Part shown: positions 1 through 8,916 of the stretch, one piece after another
Position numbering within the stretch: position 1 is the stretch's first letter
How the letters are laid out: each line of letters begins with the position of its first letter
Virus record (IMG/VR): IMGVR_UViG_3300033513_000029
Location: 1-38,221 of that record
DNA: 38,221 bases
Source of the DNA: a virus
Lineage: Duplodnaviria > Caudoviricetes
Direction: 5' to 3' (one strand)
Notes under the pieces: model-generated
The model's database searches: none
What the model was told of the DNA's origin: nothing
Seen by the model: the letters and a program-made list of their open reading frames with translations, nothing else
Made by a program: the position numbers and the translations under genes

Positions 1-1
1 C

Positions 2-1294
2 TCCCAGATCCAACTGGCAACCATTCAAACCCTTTGGCGACGACGAGACAAGCGTCCGGCTGCGAACCTTGTTATCGTTGACGAGGCGCACCATGTCGGC
101 GCTAAAACTTACAATTCAATTCTTGCCAGTTACCCCGAAGCATTGGTTATTGGGTACACCGCTACTCCCGCTCGAAAAACCGGTCTCGGCCTTGGCGATT
201 ATTTTACCGATCTGATTCAGGTGACTACGGTCAAGGAATTGACTGAACAAGGATGGTTGGTGCCAGTAACGTATATGGCTCCCAATGTTCCCGATTTATC
301 CAGTGTAAGGGTGCGTAATGGCGATTATGTCGAACCAGACCTTGAAAGAATTATGGGAGAAAAGCGGCTCATTGGTCACACTGTTGGACACTATGCGGAA
401 TATGCCGCCGGGCGAAAAGGTATCGTTTTCGCTTCTGGCGTCGCACATTCCCGCGCATTGTGTGATCAGTTTAACCAGTCCGGGATCCGGGCAGCTCACC
501 TTGACGCTGGTACTGATCGAAGCGAGCGGGAGATAATTGAAAATGCGTTTCGGGAAGGGTCGATTCAAGTTATCTGCAACTGTCAGGTATATACTGAAGG
601 CATCGATGTTCCCGACTGTTCTTGCATCGTCCTCGCCCGCCCTACCAAAAGCCTCACGTTGTACCTTCAAATGGCGGGGAGAGGTTTACGTCCTGCGAAT
701 GGCGTGGCATCAGGGGACGAGGATTGTCTTCTTATCGACCATTCTGGAAGCGTGTTCCGGCATGGTCCCATTGACGAAGATCACGAATGGAGTCTTGATA
801 CTGGCACCCCAATTAGTGAACGTGATCAGAAAAAGAAAACGGAGAAGCGCGAAATCCAGCAGTGGTTATGCGCCAAATGCGGATTAATTTTTTCGCGTTC
901 GCGAACCTGTCCGCGTTGCGGCTTTCCCCTTCCACAAACCGCCAAGCCGGTGGAGTATGTACAAGAAAAATTGCGCAGTTACAGTCCTGCGGAAGTGAAA
1001 GAGCGGGCCGCACGGGCTCGAAATAACGAATACTCCAAAGAGGAAAAACTACAGGCGTGGCGTAAGCTATTGCATGAAGCATCTTATCATGGTCGCCTTG
1101 TTGGTTCTGCCGCGCATAAGTATAAAGCGACTTTTGGGGTGTTTCCCCGAAACATGGAGTATTATCAGCCGCATAGTTTTGAATGGCGGATGAAAGCGAA
1201 GGACTTTCTTTTACGAGTAGGGACGGATAAACTACGTCTTTCCCAAGAGGACTTAGGTAATGAGCCTAACAACGATGCGCGGGTCACTGGTTGA
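2..1294 (+). CDS. SF2 DEAH-box helicase (RadD/YejH-like) with C-terminal Zn ribbon; 5'-truncated by the window
   Basis: Frame is open from position 2. Motifs: LVIVDEAHH (II), GYTATP (III), TEGIDVP (V), YLQMAGRGLR (VI), CAKC...CPRC. Confidence 0.9.
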   Translation, partial: SQIQLATIQTLWRRRDKRPAANLVIVDEAHHVGAKTYNSILASYPEALVIGYTATPARKTGLGLGDYFTDLIQVTTVKELTEQGWLVPVTYMAPNVPDLSSVRVRNGDYVEPDLERIMGEKRLIGHTVGHYAEYAAGRKGIVFASGVAHSRALCDQFNQSGIRAAHLDAGTDRSEREIIENAFREGSIQVICNCQVYTEGIDVPDCSCIVLARPTKSLTLYLQMAGRGLRPANGVASGDEDCLLIDHSGSVFRHGPIDEDHEWSLDTGTPISERDQKKKTEKREIQQWLCAKCGLIFSRSRTCPRCGFPLPQTAKPVEYVQEKLRSYSPAEVKERAARARNNEYSKEEKLQAWRKLLHEASYHGRLVGSAAHKYKATFGVFPRNMEYYQPHSFEWRMKAKDFLLRVGTDKLRLSQEDLGNEPNNDARVTG

Positions 1295-1526
1295 AACTAT
1301 TTTGGCCATTGCTTCCATCAATAGCGCCGTTCAGCAACGAATCGTCGCTGCGAGAGCGGAAGAGCGGGCGGCTGTGGAAGCGGAATATGCGGAGGAGATT
1401 GCCCTACTTGAAGCCAATATGGCGGAGCTACGAAAAGCGGTGGACACTTTGGCGACTCAAGTTGGGGTTGTAGTGTTTACTCCCGTGACGGGCGATGTCG
1501 TTATCGACGCCGGAATTATGACGTAA
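1260..1526 (+). CDS. small coiled-coil hypothetical protein
   Basis: 88 aa, Ala/Glu-rich helical pattern, GAGG upstream, overlaps the helicase end. Confidence 0.6.
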   Translation: MSLTTMRGSLVETILAIASINSAVQQRIVAARAEERAAVEAEYAEEIALLEANMAELRKAVDTLATQVGVVVFTPVTGDVVIDAGIMT

Positions 1527-1529
1527 GAA

Positions 1530-1799
1530 TCAGGGTGTTTTATTGGATTCGCGGATCACTGTCTCCAGTTGCTCCGCGTATTCCCTGCGAAGAAAATCGC
1601 GACGGACAATGTTGTCCAGGGTTTCGCGCTTGATGATAAAGGTGCCGTCGCCTCGGGGGTGAAATTCTGACGCGGCCACCGGGGGGAGTACGGGCCGGGG
1701 CGGCATGGGTAACCGCCCCACGGGCGCGACAGTGGCGCACGCGCTACCAATGATTGTCCAGGCCAGAATAATCGCCTTGGCGTATCCTGTCTTCTTCAT
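1530..1799 (-). CDS. outer-membrane lipoprotein spanin (Rz1-like, o-spanin)
   Basis: Start reassigned to ATG 1799. MKKTGYAKAIILAWTIIGSA-C signal peptide with lipobox, followed by Pro-rich PMPPRPVLPP; overlaps the i-spanin candidate. Confidence 0.7.
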   Translation of the reverse strand: MKKTGYAKAIILAWTIIGSACATVAPVGRLPMPPRPVLPPVAASEFHPRGDGTFIIKRETLDNIVRRDFLRREYAEQLETVIRESNKTP

Positions 1800-2010
1800 C
1801 CTGTATCTCCGCGTGAGATTGGGTTTGCGCCTTTTCCAGGGCATCTTGCACAGCTTCACTTTTTTGTTGTGCTGTAGTGGCTTGGCGACGGCGCTCCTCT
1901 TCCGTTTTGCGCTTCTCTCGCTGCAAAAGAGCGTAAAGGATAGTCGCCACGCCAGTAATGGCGACATACCCCCATTTGCGAATAATGCCGATTACAACAA
2001 ACGGATTCAT
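1744..2010 (-). CDS. inner-membrane spanin-like protein (Rz-like, i-spanin)
   Basis: Start ATG 2010 overlaps the holin stop. N-terminal hydrophobic segment then charged coiled coil; lies in the lysis cassette. Confidence 0.6.
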   Translation of the reverse strand: MNPFVVIGIIRKWGYVAITGVATILYALLQREKRKTEEERRRQATTAQQKSEAVQDALEKAQTQSHAEIQDEEDRIRQGDYSGLDNHW

Positions 2011-2228
2011 GGCAGCGGTGGCCACGCCGGGGCCTTGTTTCGTGCCAGCGTCACCATGCGTCCCACCAATACCGCCAGGAAGGCATATTTCACCCAAGGG
2101 GGCGGAAGGTATTGGGGGAAGAACGCGAGGTATTCAAACGCCGCGCTCAACAACGTGAACAACGTGGCGAGTTGCACACTGGCGAATTTCCACGCTTGCC
2201 GCCAGTCCGGAATGAGGGTCAGTTTCAT
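2007..2228 (-). CDS. holin-like membrane protein
   Basis: MKLTLIPDWRQAWKFASVQL N-terminus typical of a widespread small phage holin family; two hydrophobic segments; ATGA overlap with the endolysin stop. Confidence 0.7.
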   Translation of the reverse strand: MKLTLIPDWRQAWKFASVQLATLFTLLSAAFEYLAFFPQYLPPPWVKYAFLAVLVGRMVTLARNKAPAWPPLP

Positions 2229-2539
2229 TTTGGATCGTACTCCAGGTGAATGTGATCGGTTTCCAGTATGACATCGAAATTCGGCAATCGCGATTGGATT
2301 ACTGCTGTAATCATCTCCCACTTATCCGGGGGGAGCCCACCTTTTTGTGGCCCGTACTTGATACGCAAATCCGCCGCCAAACCCTTTCCGTGCAAACTGT
2401 TTACCATATGTCTTCCATTACCAATTGCCGTCACTACCATGTCCGAACCGAAAGAACGGTAAACGTCATTCGCTACCATCAGCCCGATAATCAACTGCGG
2501 TTGGAGATATGTAATCGTCGTGCCTTCTGCCAGTTGCAT
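2225..2539 (-). CDS. endolysin, Zn peptidase M15 family
   Basis: SLHGKGLAADLR (HxxGxAxD) and DHIHLE motifs; start reassigned to ATG 2539. Confidence 0.85.
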   Translation of the reverse strand: MQLAEGTTITYLQPQLIIGLMVANDVYRSFGSDMVVTAIGNGRHMVNSLHGKGLAADLRIKYGPQKGGLPPDKWEMITAVIQSRLPNFDVILETDHIHLEYDPK

Positions 2540-2735
2540 AAACCGCCCTTTCCAGATTTTGCAAACGAAATTCGATTTCCGCATGTGCCGGGTGTTCTTG
2601 CTTGGCCATCCAAGTCTTAATCCACTTCAAATCTTGCTTCATTTCCCCTTGAAGGGAAAACATTTTTACCAACCCGCCAAGCAATCCCACTACACATAAT
2701 ACTGCCACGGTCGCGAAAGCGTATTCAAACGTCAT
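2466..2735 (-). CDS. single-pass membrane protein (holin/antiholin-like)
   Basis: N-terminal TM (AFATVAVLCVVGLLGGLV) then coiled coil; first gene of the lysis cassette. Confidence 0.55.
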   Translation of the reverse strand: MTFEYAFATVAVLCVVGLLGGLVKMFSLQGEMKQDLKWIKTWMAKQEHPAHAEIEFRLQNLERAVYATGRRHDDYISPTAVDYRADGSE

Positions 2736-5700
2736 TGGGCGGCCTTCCTTCGTTCGATGTCGGGGAACTTCGCAAGGATCTGTTTACGCGCTTCTTTGCG
2801 TTGCATGTCAAAGATTTTGCGAATCATATCCTCTTTGTCTTTATCGGACAAGGACTTCCAGCCGGTGGAGCCCACCATCCTCTGAAGATGGTCTCGGGCC
2901 AACCTTCCAGCGATTCGCTGATATTCCGCGTATTCCTCTTGGGTAAGATCCACACCTGCGAGTTTTTTGCTGACGCCGCTCTTGAAGATTCCCAGACGAA
3001 GCATTTCCTGACTTACCGGGTCGTCCTTTTGGGTTGACATGTAAAGGACGGAAAGCAGGTCGGGACCAATGGATCCTTCCACTTTGATGGGTTTGCCGAA
3101 GAGGTCCACCTTCTCGGGTAGCGTTTCACGAAGGCCGGGGATCCGTTCCTTGATCTTGTCCATGATGTTATCGGCCCGGCGAAGATACGGGTCTCTCGAA
3201 CGTGCCAACTGCGCGATACCCGTCGGCACAGCGGTCCCGGCATAGTTCATAATCCACTGTTTTCCGTAACGATCCGGATCCGACATCGCCTCCATCATCT
3301 CCGACAATCCGCGCAGATATGTTTTCGATGTCATGTTCTTCGCGAACGATCCGACGAACATCGCCATCAATTCTCCCGCTTCCTTTTCCTCCATAACTTG
3401 CGCCATTTCCGCCATATCCGCCGCCATGCCTACCAACATGCCAAATGGTTCCAAACGGGAATAACTGACATACGTATCTCCAATTTTTACGGAATAAGGT
3501 TGCCATCCCGTTTGATAGAGGAGTCGCTTTTGGTTAGGGTCGTCCGGACCCTTGCCTGTGAACATTCCCGCCAGTGTCAACGAGAAGATCGCCGCGCCGA
3601 TACTCGTGCCCGTGGCGATGCGCGCCAGTGCCATATCTCGCGCCGCACCACCCGCCTTGATGTCGGATTGCACATCATGGAAGAGCAACCCTGCGGGTGT
3701 ACGTTTCAAAACGAACTTCACGATATTGGAAGGCGTCTTGATGAAGGGCGCGATCAAGCGCATGTAGGGATGCTTGGACAGAACGCGCTGTACCGCTTGT
3801 CCGATGTCACCTAACTCATTAGTGAATGTCGCCGTCCTCGCGACACTCCACGCCTTTTCCATAAGGGTGTCGTCAGGATTGGTTAATAGGTCTTGGAAAG
3901 ACCGGCCTGTGAGTTGCGCTTCGCGCATCGCCAGGGCGCGGTATTCCTTGGATACTGTAAGCGCCTTGTAGAACATATCCTCCGCGTTGAGGAAACGACC
4001 AGGGCCGCGTACGATCTTGCCAATAGCGCCGGGGATCGCTTTCTTGTACGCACCGCCTTCCACCTTGCCAAAGAGGTCTATCGCGTCTTCCGAACGAAGC
4101 GCCTTCGCCATTGCCGCCAGTCCCGCGACCGTGCCGTCAATGTTTCCGTAAACGCGATTCAATGCCTCGCCGAATGTAACCTTATCGCCACCATGGAGTT
4201 TACCGAAGGTCGCGCCGACAAAACGTTCCACGTCTTCCAGGGCGCTGACAATGGCATTGGAAACGGTATTCGCGACATGGGTTTGCGGTCCGGATAACAA
4301 GCCATTGATCCAGATCTCCATGAACTTGTCCATTTTCGTGGGCGCAAGCGTTTCGCGAACGACACTGGCTTGCGAACCCAAAGGGAGCGCATCGATCAAT
4401 TGGGCCTGATTGCGGATGTCGGAGGAGGAGCCGATGGTTTGTCGAATGAGTTCGGCGCGAGAGGCTTGATCCTTGGCGAGACGAAGGATGTTCAGCGCCC
4501 GGCCCGCCTCTCCCGAGACGCCGACGAATTGCGCTTGAATGGTCGCGAAATTTAAACGCTGTTCAGTAAAGGCTTGGTCGTCCAGATCCGATGCCCGACC
4601 TTCCTTGATGCGGGTGACGTATTCGCGGGTGAACTTCTGAAAGTCGGAAGAGGTTTTGTCCAAGAGGGTGACTGCTTGGGCCAGCTCTTCCGCGTTGAAC
4701 GCCCGTCCAATGTTTCGACGGGCGAACTTGTCCACTTCCACGGGAGAGGCACCCAAGCGGTCAGCGATGGCTTTTGTGAGATCGTGGGGACGCACCTCGC
4801 GCTTGGCCGCGCCGGGCATCTCCTGCTCTCCCACAACCGCTCCAAGCGTCTTTAACGCCGGGGGGGCAGCGGTGCCTCCTCCAGGTTTTCCCGCAGCTTG
4901 GGAGCTTCCAGGAAGGGGCGTACCGGGGATCCGGTCTCCAGTGATCGCCGCAATAATGGGAGAATTTCCGACTCCTCCATCTGTCTCACCGCCCACACCG
5001 GCACCGGATGCCTGAAACGCTCCTCGTATTGCTGACTCAAGGTCTGCATTTCGTTGAGTTTGTAGCGCATTTTTAATGCCCTCCATCAGTTTCACGCCTT
5101 CCGGCAGATACTTTTGCGCGGCGGCTGGGTACTCATAGTATAGACCCATTAACTGACCTACGGCTTCGCGCTGAACGAAATAGTTATCCTCCGCTTTTCC
5201 GGATAATTTGTAAAACGGGTAATGCAAAAGTCGCCTCAATCCGCCCTTGTTTTCCGCGTAGGCTTCGTAAAGTTCCCGAATTACCGGCCCCATTTTGTCG
5301 GTATCGACATTTCCATCTGAAACAACAGACTCACTCATTTGGAATAATGGGGACGCCATAGCGACCGAACGGCCCGTTAGATAGTCCACCGCATGGCCCA
5401 GCTCGTGCGCCACATCAAAACGTACCGCCCGAAGAGAACGGGTCATCGGAGCTTCCTTGGCCGCCTGCAAAATTTCCTCATTGAATCCCATAATATGGTT
5501 GCGGCTATTGAAGGCCGCATGGTCGGTTCCCTTCAGTACGCCCACCCGGTTTACAAGGTTGACGATTTGTCGGGGAAGACCCGCATCAAACAGGTCACGA
5601 AAGGATGCCGCAAGCACCTCCCGATGCGCGGAATTGATAACCGGGGCCCAGTCCTGATCTGCATCCTGCGAACCGAACAATTTCCCCACCGTCTCCACCA

Positions 5701-8332
5701 CTTCCATGGAAGCCTGTGCGTTCGATACCTGAATACTCGACTCCTGAATTTGCGCATGGGCGCGGGAAAAGGCATTTCTCCTCACCATTTCCCGCGTTTT
5801 GGGGGAAACATTCAGCTCCTCTTTGGAAAGGGGTTTTTGCGTCATTCCAATCTTTTGACGCAAGTACGCCTTTTGCTCGCGAGTGAATTGCTCCGCATGG
5901 TCACGGAGTTGCAGTGCCACCATTGCCTTGGTAATCGCTGGGTCAAACGCCTCCGGCGAATCCACCAATACCTCCAAGGCATTGCCACGGGAACGCTCTA
6001 TGACATGCTGCTTGTTGTCGTAAAGCGCATAAGGACGGTCTACCCCTGACATGGATTCAAAGGCGTCCGCCAATTTAATAACCGACAGTAATGCCCCTTG
6101 TTCCGGGGTTAGGGTATTGTTGTCGATAAGTTCCCGAATTTGCTGCGGGGAGTCGTGATGTCTGCGCGCCAGGGCGCGGGCCGCAATCCCAATCAGTCCG
6201 GGCGCGTCCGTTAGTCGGGTTTCTCCCGCTTCCGTATGCGCCTTAATAGCGGATCGTTCCTCCTCCGTGAATCTTCCTAATTGTGATGCGAGATAATCCT
6301 GCCGACGAAGCTCCTCTTCCGTCTTACCGGATTTGTCGATAAGCGTATTGAATTCCTTCTCTTCCGCTTTGGATAGTTTGTTCGCTTTGTCCAGGATGGA
6401 CTTCGGTACGTCCAGCTTTCCTTCGTCATGAAGAAGGGAAGCCATTGTTGCCAGGGTCAACCTGTCCGCGTCAAACCCAAGGAATTGACCGAGTTCACGA
6501 ACAATTTTCGCCACACCAAGAGAATGGCTTTCTGTCCAGTCGGAGTAACGATTTAAATCTGACAAATGCTTTTCAAGGTAATTTTTCATTTCCTTGCGCT
6601 TCGTCACATCCGGTTCCGCGAACGATAGTTCCGTTACTTCCGTTTCGGTGAAATCCCTGTCAGTACGAACGCCCCTTGGTGGTCTGTAACGTAACGGATG
6701 GTTCCCTTCCTCGTAGGAACGGATGGCGTCCCGGAAGATGTTTGCGGCGTCTTCGCGGGAGTCTCCGCCAAGGAAGGATCCTTGTCCTGTGTGGGCTTCG
6801 ACTTCGATTCCATAATGGTCTGCGACCTCTTGAACATTGGGCAGTAGCGTATTGCCTTGGTCGAAGACCATCACTCGCGTGCGCGTGCCCTTGGGGATTA
6901 GAGTGTGGAATTGGATTCCACGTTCCGTTAATGTTTGGCGTGCCGCTTCCACGGAATCGGGGAGATCCATCGAATACAGCGTATCCGGCCCGCCCTCGCC
7001 TTTCTGAAACGTAAGAATGGCTTTCTGGTGCCCCACCAAACCCTTCCATGCGGCATTGTATGTCAGGTCGTCACCGCCAACATTCGGGATGAACTCGGCA
7101 AGGGAATTCTCCGCGCCATCCACCCAATCGCCCACCGCGTCTTCCATGGAAAACTCCAATCCCATTTGGGCGTCGATGTCCTGCGCCAGGGTGCGGAATT
7201 GCGTATGTCGGGGGGAAGTCAAAATCTCCACGGCACGCGGGAAATCCATATCCTCTTCCTCGTTATTGGAGAAGAACTCATAAGCCGAACGTACCTCATC
7301 CTCCAGGGGCGCCACACCCGTCCGCGCCTCCAGCTTACGAACCGCATTCAAACGTTCATCGGAATCTTTAATGGATTCTTCATAAACCCATGGGGTTATT
7401 TGTCCTTCTCGCAAGGTGTCGGTGACGTTGACCCGATCTTCGGCGATTCTTTGTCTGAGCTGTTCCGAGAGTTGCTGGGTAGTTGGACGGTCAACCATCG
7501 CCGCCACATCATCAGGAACATTCTGAATCGCCATCGTCTCAGAAAGGTAATCTGGTCCAGCGGCTTGTGAGCGAATGGGGTTATTGACGTAATCCTCGAC
7601 AACGACACGCTGTGCCTCGGAAAAACGGGGCGATACGGAAGTCACCGCACCCGTAAGTGCGGCTGGTCCAAAAACATCCAAACTACGTTTTAACCCCTCG
7701 GTAACGGGTTTGCCAGTAATAATGGATTCAACAGGCTCCTCCGCCGCTTCCGTGGCACCTTCCCAAAGGGCCTGACTACCCGCTTTGAGTCCAGCTCGAA
7801 GAAGTTTGTTCCCAAGAGTACCGCCTGCCGTCACCCCCGGCTTGAAGAGCTGGAAAGCGGGAATAGCGTTCAAGGCACCCGTGGCAAGTCCCATCCCTAC
7901 GGCTTCAAGACGGGCCTCAGTTTCCGACTTTCCTTCGTCCAGCGCCTGCCGATAGGTGCTTGCCCCCTCCAGAGCGCCGCCTGTGGCGCCCGCCGCCAGG
8001 GAACCCGCCACCGTGGCGGCTTTCATGCCCAAGCCTACCCCTTTGGCCGCCGCGCCCGCGCCGCCACCCACCAACAGGGAAGCCACTGTTGAGGGAAGGG
8101 ATTGTCCGACGTTATAAAGCCACCAATCCGGATCTTTTAGGATGCTTGGATCATTGGCAACAGATTTACCTTGTAAATCTGCGTCAATTTGGTTCTCTTC
8201 TGTTTTCTTTTTAAAATGTTCGTATATACCTTGTCCGGTTTTCTCGGCACCCAGAAAATGCAAAAAGTCGCCCGCAGAGCGCCCAAGCCCGTAAACTCCC
8301 GCCGCCAAACCACGCCCAAATGAACCCGTCAT
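2732..8332 (-). CDS. giant polyvalent internal virion / DNA-ejection protein with HD-GYP-like domain, zincin HExxH motif and LPD38-like C-terminus
   Basis: 1866 aa, last gene of the ejection module. Gly/Ala-rich N-terminus; LLHDEGK...HH...LADAFESM..RPY; AHELGH; C-terminal GWQPYSVKIGDTYVSYSRLEPFG. Confidence 0.8.
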   Translation of the reverse strand: MTGSFGRGLAAGVYGLGRSAGDFLHFLGAEKTGQGIYEHFKKKTEENQIDADLQGKSVANDPSILKDPDWWLYNVGQSLPSTVASLLVGGGAGAAAKGVGLGMKAATVAGSLAAGATGGALEGASTYRQALDEGKSETEARLEAVGMGLATGALNAIPAFQLFKPGVTAGGTLGNKLLRAGLKAGSQALWEGATEAAEEPVESIITGKPVTEGLKRSLDVFGPAALTGAVTSVSPRFSEAQRVVVEDYVNNPIRSQAAGPDYLSETMAIQNVPDDVAAMVDRPTTQQLSEQLRQRIAEDRVNVTDTLREGQITPWVYEESIKDSDERLNAVRKLEARTGVAPLEDEVRSAYEFFSNNEEEDMDFPRAVEILTSPRHTQFRTLAQDIDAQMGLEFSMEDAVGDWVDGAENSLAEFIPNVGGDDLTYNAAWKGLVGHQKAILTFQKGEGGPDTLYSMDLPDSVEAARQTLTERGIQFHTLIPKGTRTRVMVFDQGNTLLPNVQEVADHYGIEVEAHTGQGSFLGGDSREDAANIFRDAIRSYEEGNHPLRYRPPRGVRTDRDFTETEVTELSFAEPDVTKRKEMKNYLEKHLSDLNRYSDWTESHSLGVAKIVRELGQFLGFDADRLTLATMASLLHDEGKLDVPKSILDKANKLSKAEEKEFNTLIDKSGKTEEELRRQDYLASQLGRFTEEERSAIKAHTEAGETRLTDAPGLIGIAARALARRHHDSPQQIRELIDNNTLTPEQGALLSVIKLADAFESMSGVDRPYALYDNKQHVIERSRGNALEVLVDSPEAFDPAITKAMVALQLRDHAEQFTREQKAYLRQKIGMTQKPLSKEELNVSPKTREMVRRNAFSRAHAQIQESSIQVSNAQASMEVVETVGKLFGSQDADQDWAPVINSAHREVLAASFRDLFDAGLPRQIVNLVNRVGVLKGTDHAAFNSRNHIMGFNEEILQAAKEAPMTRSLRAVRFDVAHELGHAVDYLTGRSVAMASPLFQMSESVVSDGNVDTDKMGPVIRELYEAYAENKGGLRRLLHYPFYKLSGKAEDNYFVQREAVGQLMGLYYEYPAAAQKYLPEGVKLMEGIKNALQTQRNADLESAIRGAFQASGAGVGGETDGGVGNSPIIAAITGDRIPGTPLPGSSQAAGKPGGGTAAPPALKTLGAVVGEQEMPGAAKREVRPHDLTKAIADRLGASPVEVDKFARRNIGRAFNAEELAQAVTLLDKTSSDFQKFTREYVTRIKEGRASDLDDQAFTEQRLNFATIQAQFVGVSGEAGRALNILRLAKDQASRAELIRQTIGSSSDIRNQAQLIDALPLGSQASVVRETLAPTKMDKFMEIWINGLLSGPQTHVANTVSNAIVSALEDVERFVGATFGKLHGGDKVTFGEALNRVYGNIDGTVAGLAAMAKALRSEDAIDLFGKVEGGAYKKAIPGAIGKIVRGPGRFLNAEDMFYKALTVSKEYRALAMREAQLTGRSFQDLLTNPDDTLMEKAWSVARTATFTNELGDIGQAVQRVLSKHPYMRLIAPFIKTPSNIVKFVLKRTPAGLLFHDVQSDIKAGGAARDMALARIATGTSIGAAIFSLTLAGMFTGKGPDDPNQKRLLYQTGWQPYSVKIGDTYVSYSRLEPFGMLVGMAADMAEMAQVMEEKEAGELMAMFVGSFAKNMTSKTYLRGLSEMMEAMSDPDRYGKQWIMNYAGTAVPTGIAQLARSRDPYLRRADNIMDKIKERIPGLRETLPEKVDLFGKPIKVEGSIGPDLLSVLYMSTQKDDPVSQEMLRLGIFKSGVSKKLAGVDLTQEEYAEYQRIAGRLARDHLQRMVGSTGWKSLSDKDKEDMIRKIFDMQRKEARKQILAKFPDIERRKAAQ

Positions 8333-8916
8333 CTCGCCAACCTTTCAAGCAATGTCTTGCCCGTGGTTTGTGTTAGAAACTTCGTCGCCCGGTTTCCAAT
8401 CTCCGCTCCCACCTTTTGCAACGGCTTTTGGCCTTCCTTGAAAAGATGATAGGCGGGCATGGCGTTCAGCGCCGTCGCACCGATACCCATCATTGCCCCA
8501 CTGATCCGTGCGTCGGTTTCCGATTTCCCAGACTCCAACTCTTGCCGGTAGGTATTCATACCCTTAGTTAGTCCGCTGGGAGCGCCTCCCGCCACCGAAC
8601 CCGCCAGAGTTGCCGCCCGCGACCCCGCACCCAAACCTGTCGCCGCCGCGCCACCACCCATTCCGGTCAGGTAGGAAAGCCCCAAGATCGGGGTAATCCT
8701 TCCCGCCTCGAAAGCGGGCCAGCGGTCTTCACCTGAAGGTAGCCTGTTTTCCTCGATTTTTGATTCAGCCCCCTGCCGAACCCGGTTTCCCGTTTGTTCA
8801 GCACCGATGAAATGGAGGGCATCGCCCGCCGACTTCCCGAGTTCCATTACACCAGTTACCAATCCGCGTCGAAAGGGTTCCTTTTGGCGATAAATGACAG
8901 GGGCCGGAAGCGTCAT
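8329..8916 (-). CDS. putative ejection protein, paralogue of the N-terminal domain of the 1866-aa protein
   Basis: Aligns by eye along its length with the first ~170 aa of the downstream protein; translationally coupled on both sides. Confidence 0.7.
   Translation of the reverse strand: MTLPAPVIYRQKEPFRRGLVTGVMELGKSAGDALHFIGAEQTGNRVRQGAESKIEENRLPSGEDRWPAFEAGRITPILGLSYLTGMGGGAAATGLGAGSRAATLAGSVAGGAPSGLTKGMNTYRQELESGKSETDARISGAMMGIGATALNAMPAYHLFKEGQKPLQKVGAEIGNRATKFLTQTTGKTLLERLAR

Noticed and set aside
1705-2271. 188-aa + strand ORF over the lysis genes
   Set aside because: Antisense to coupled holin and spanin genes that have clear signatures.
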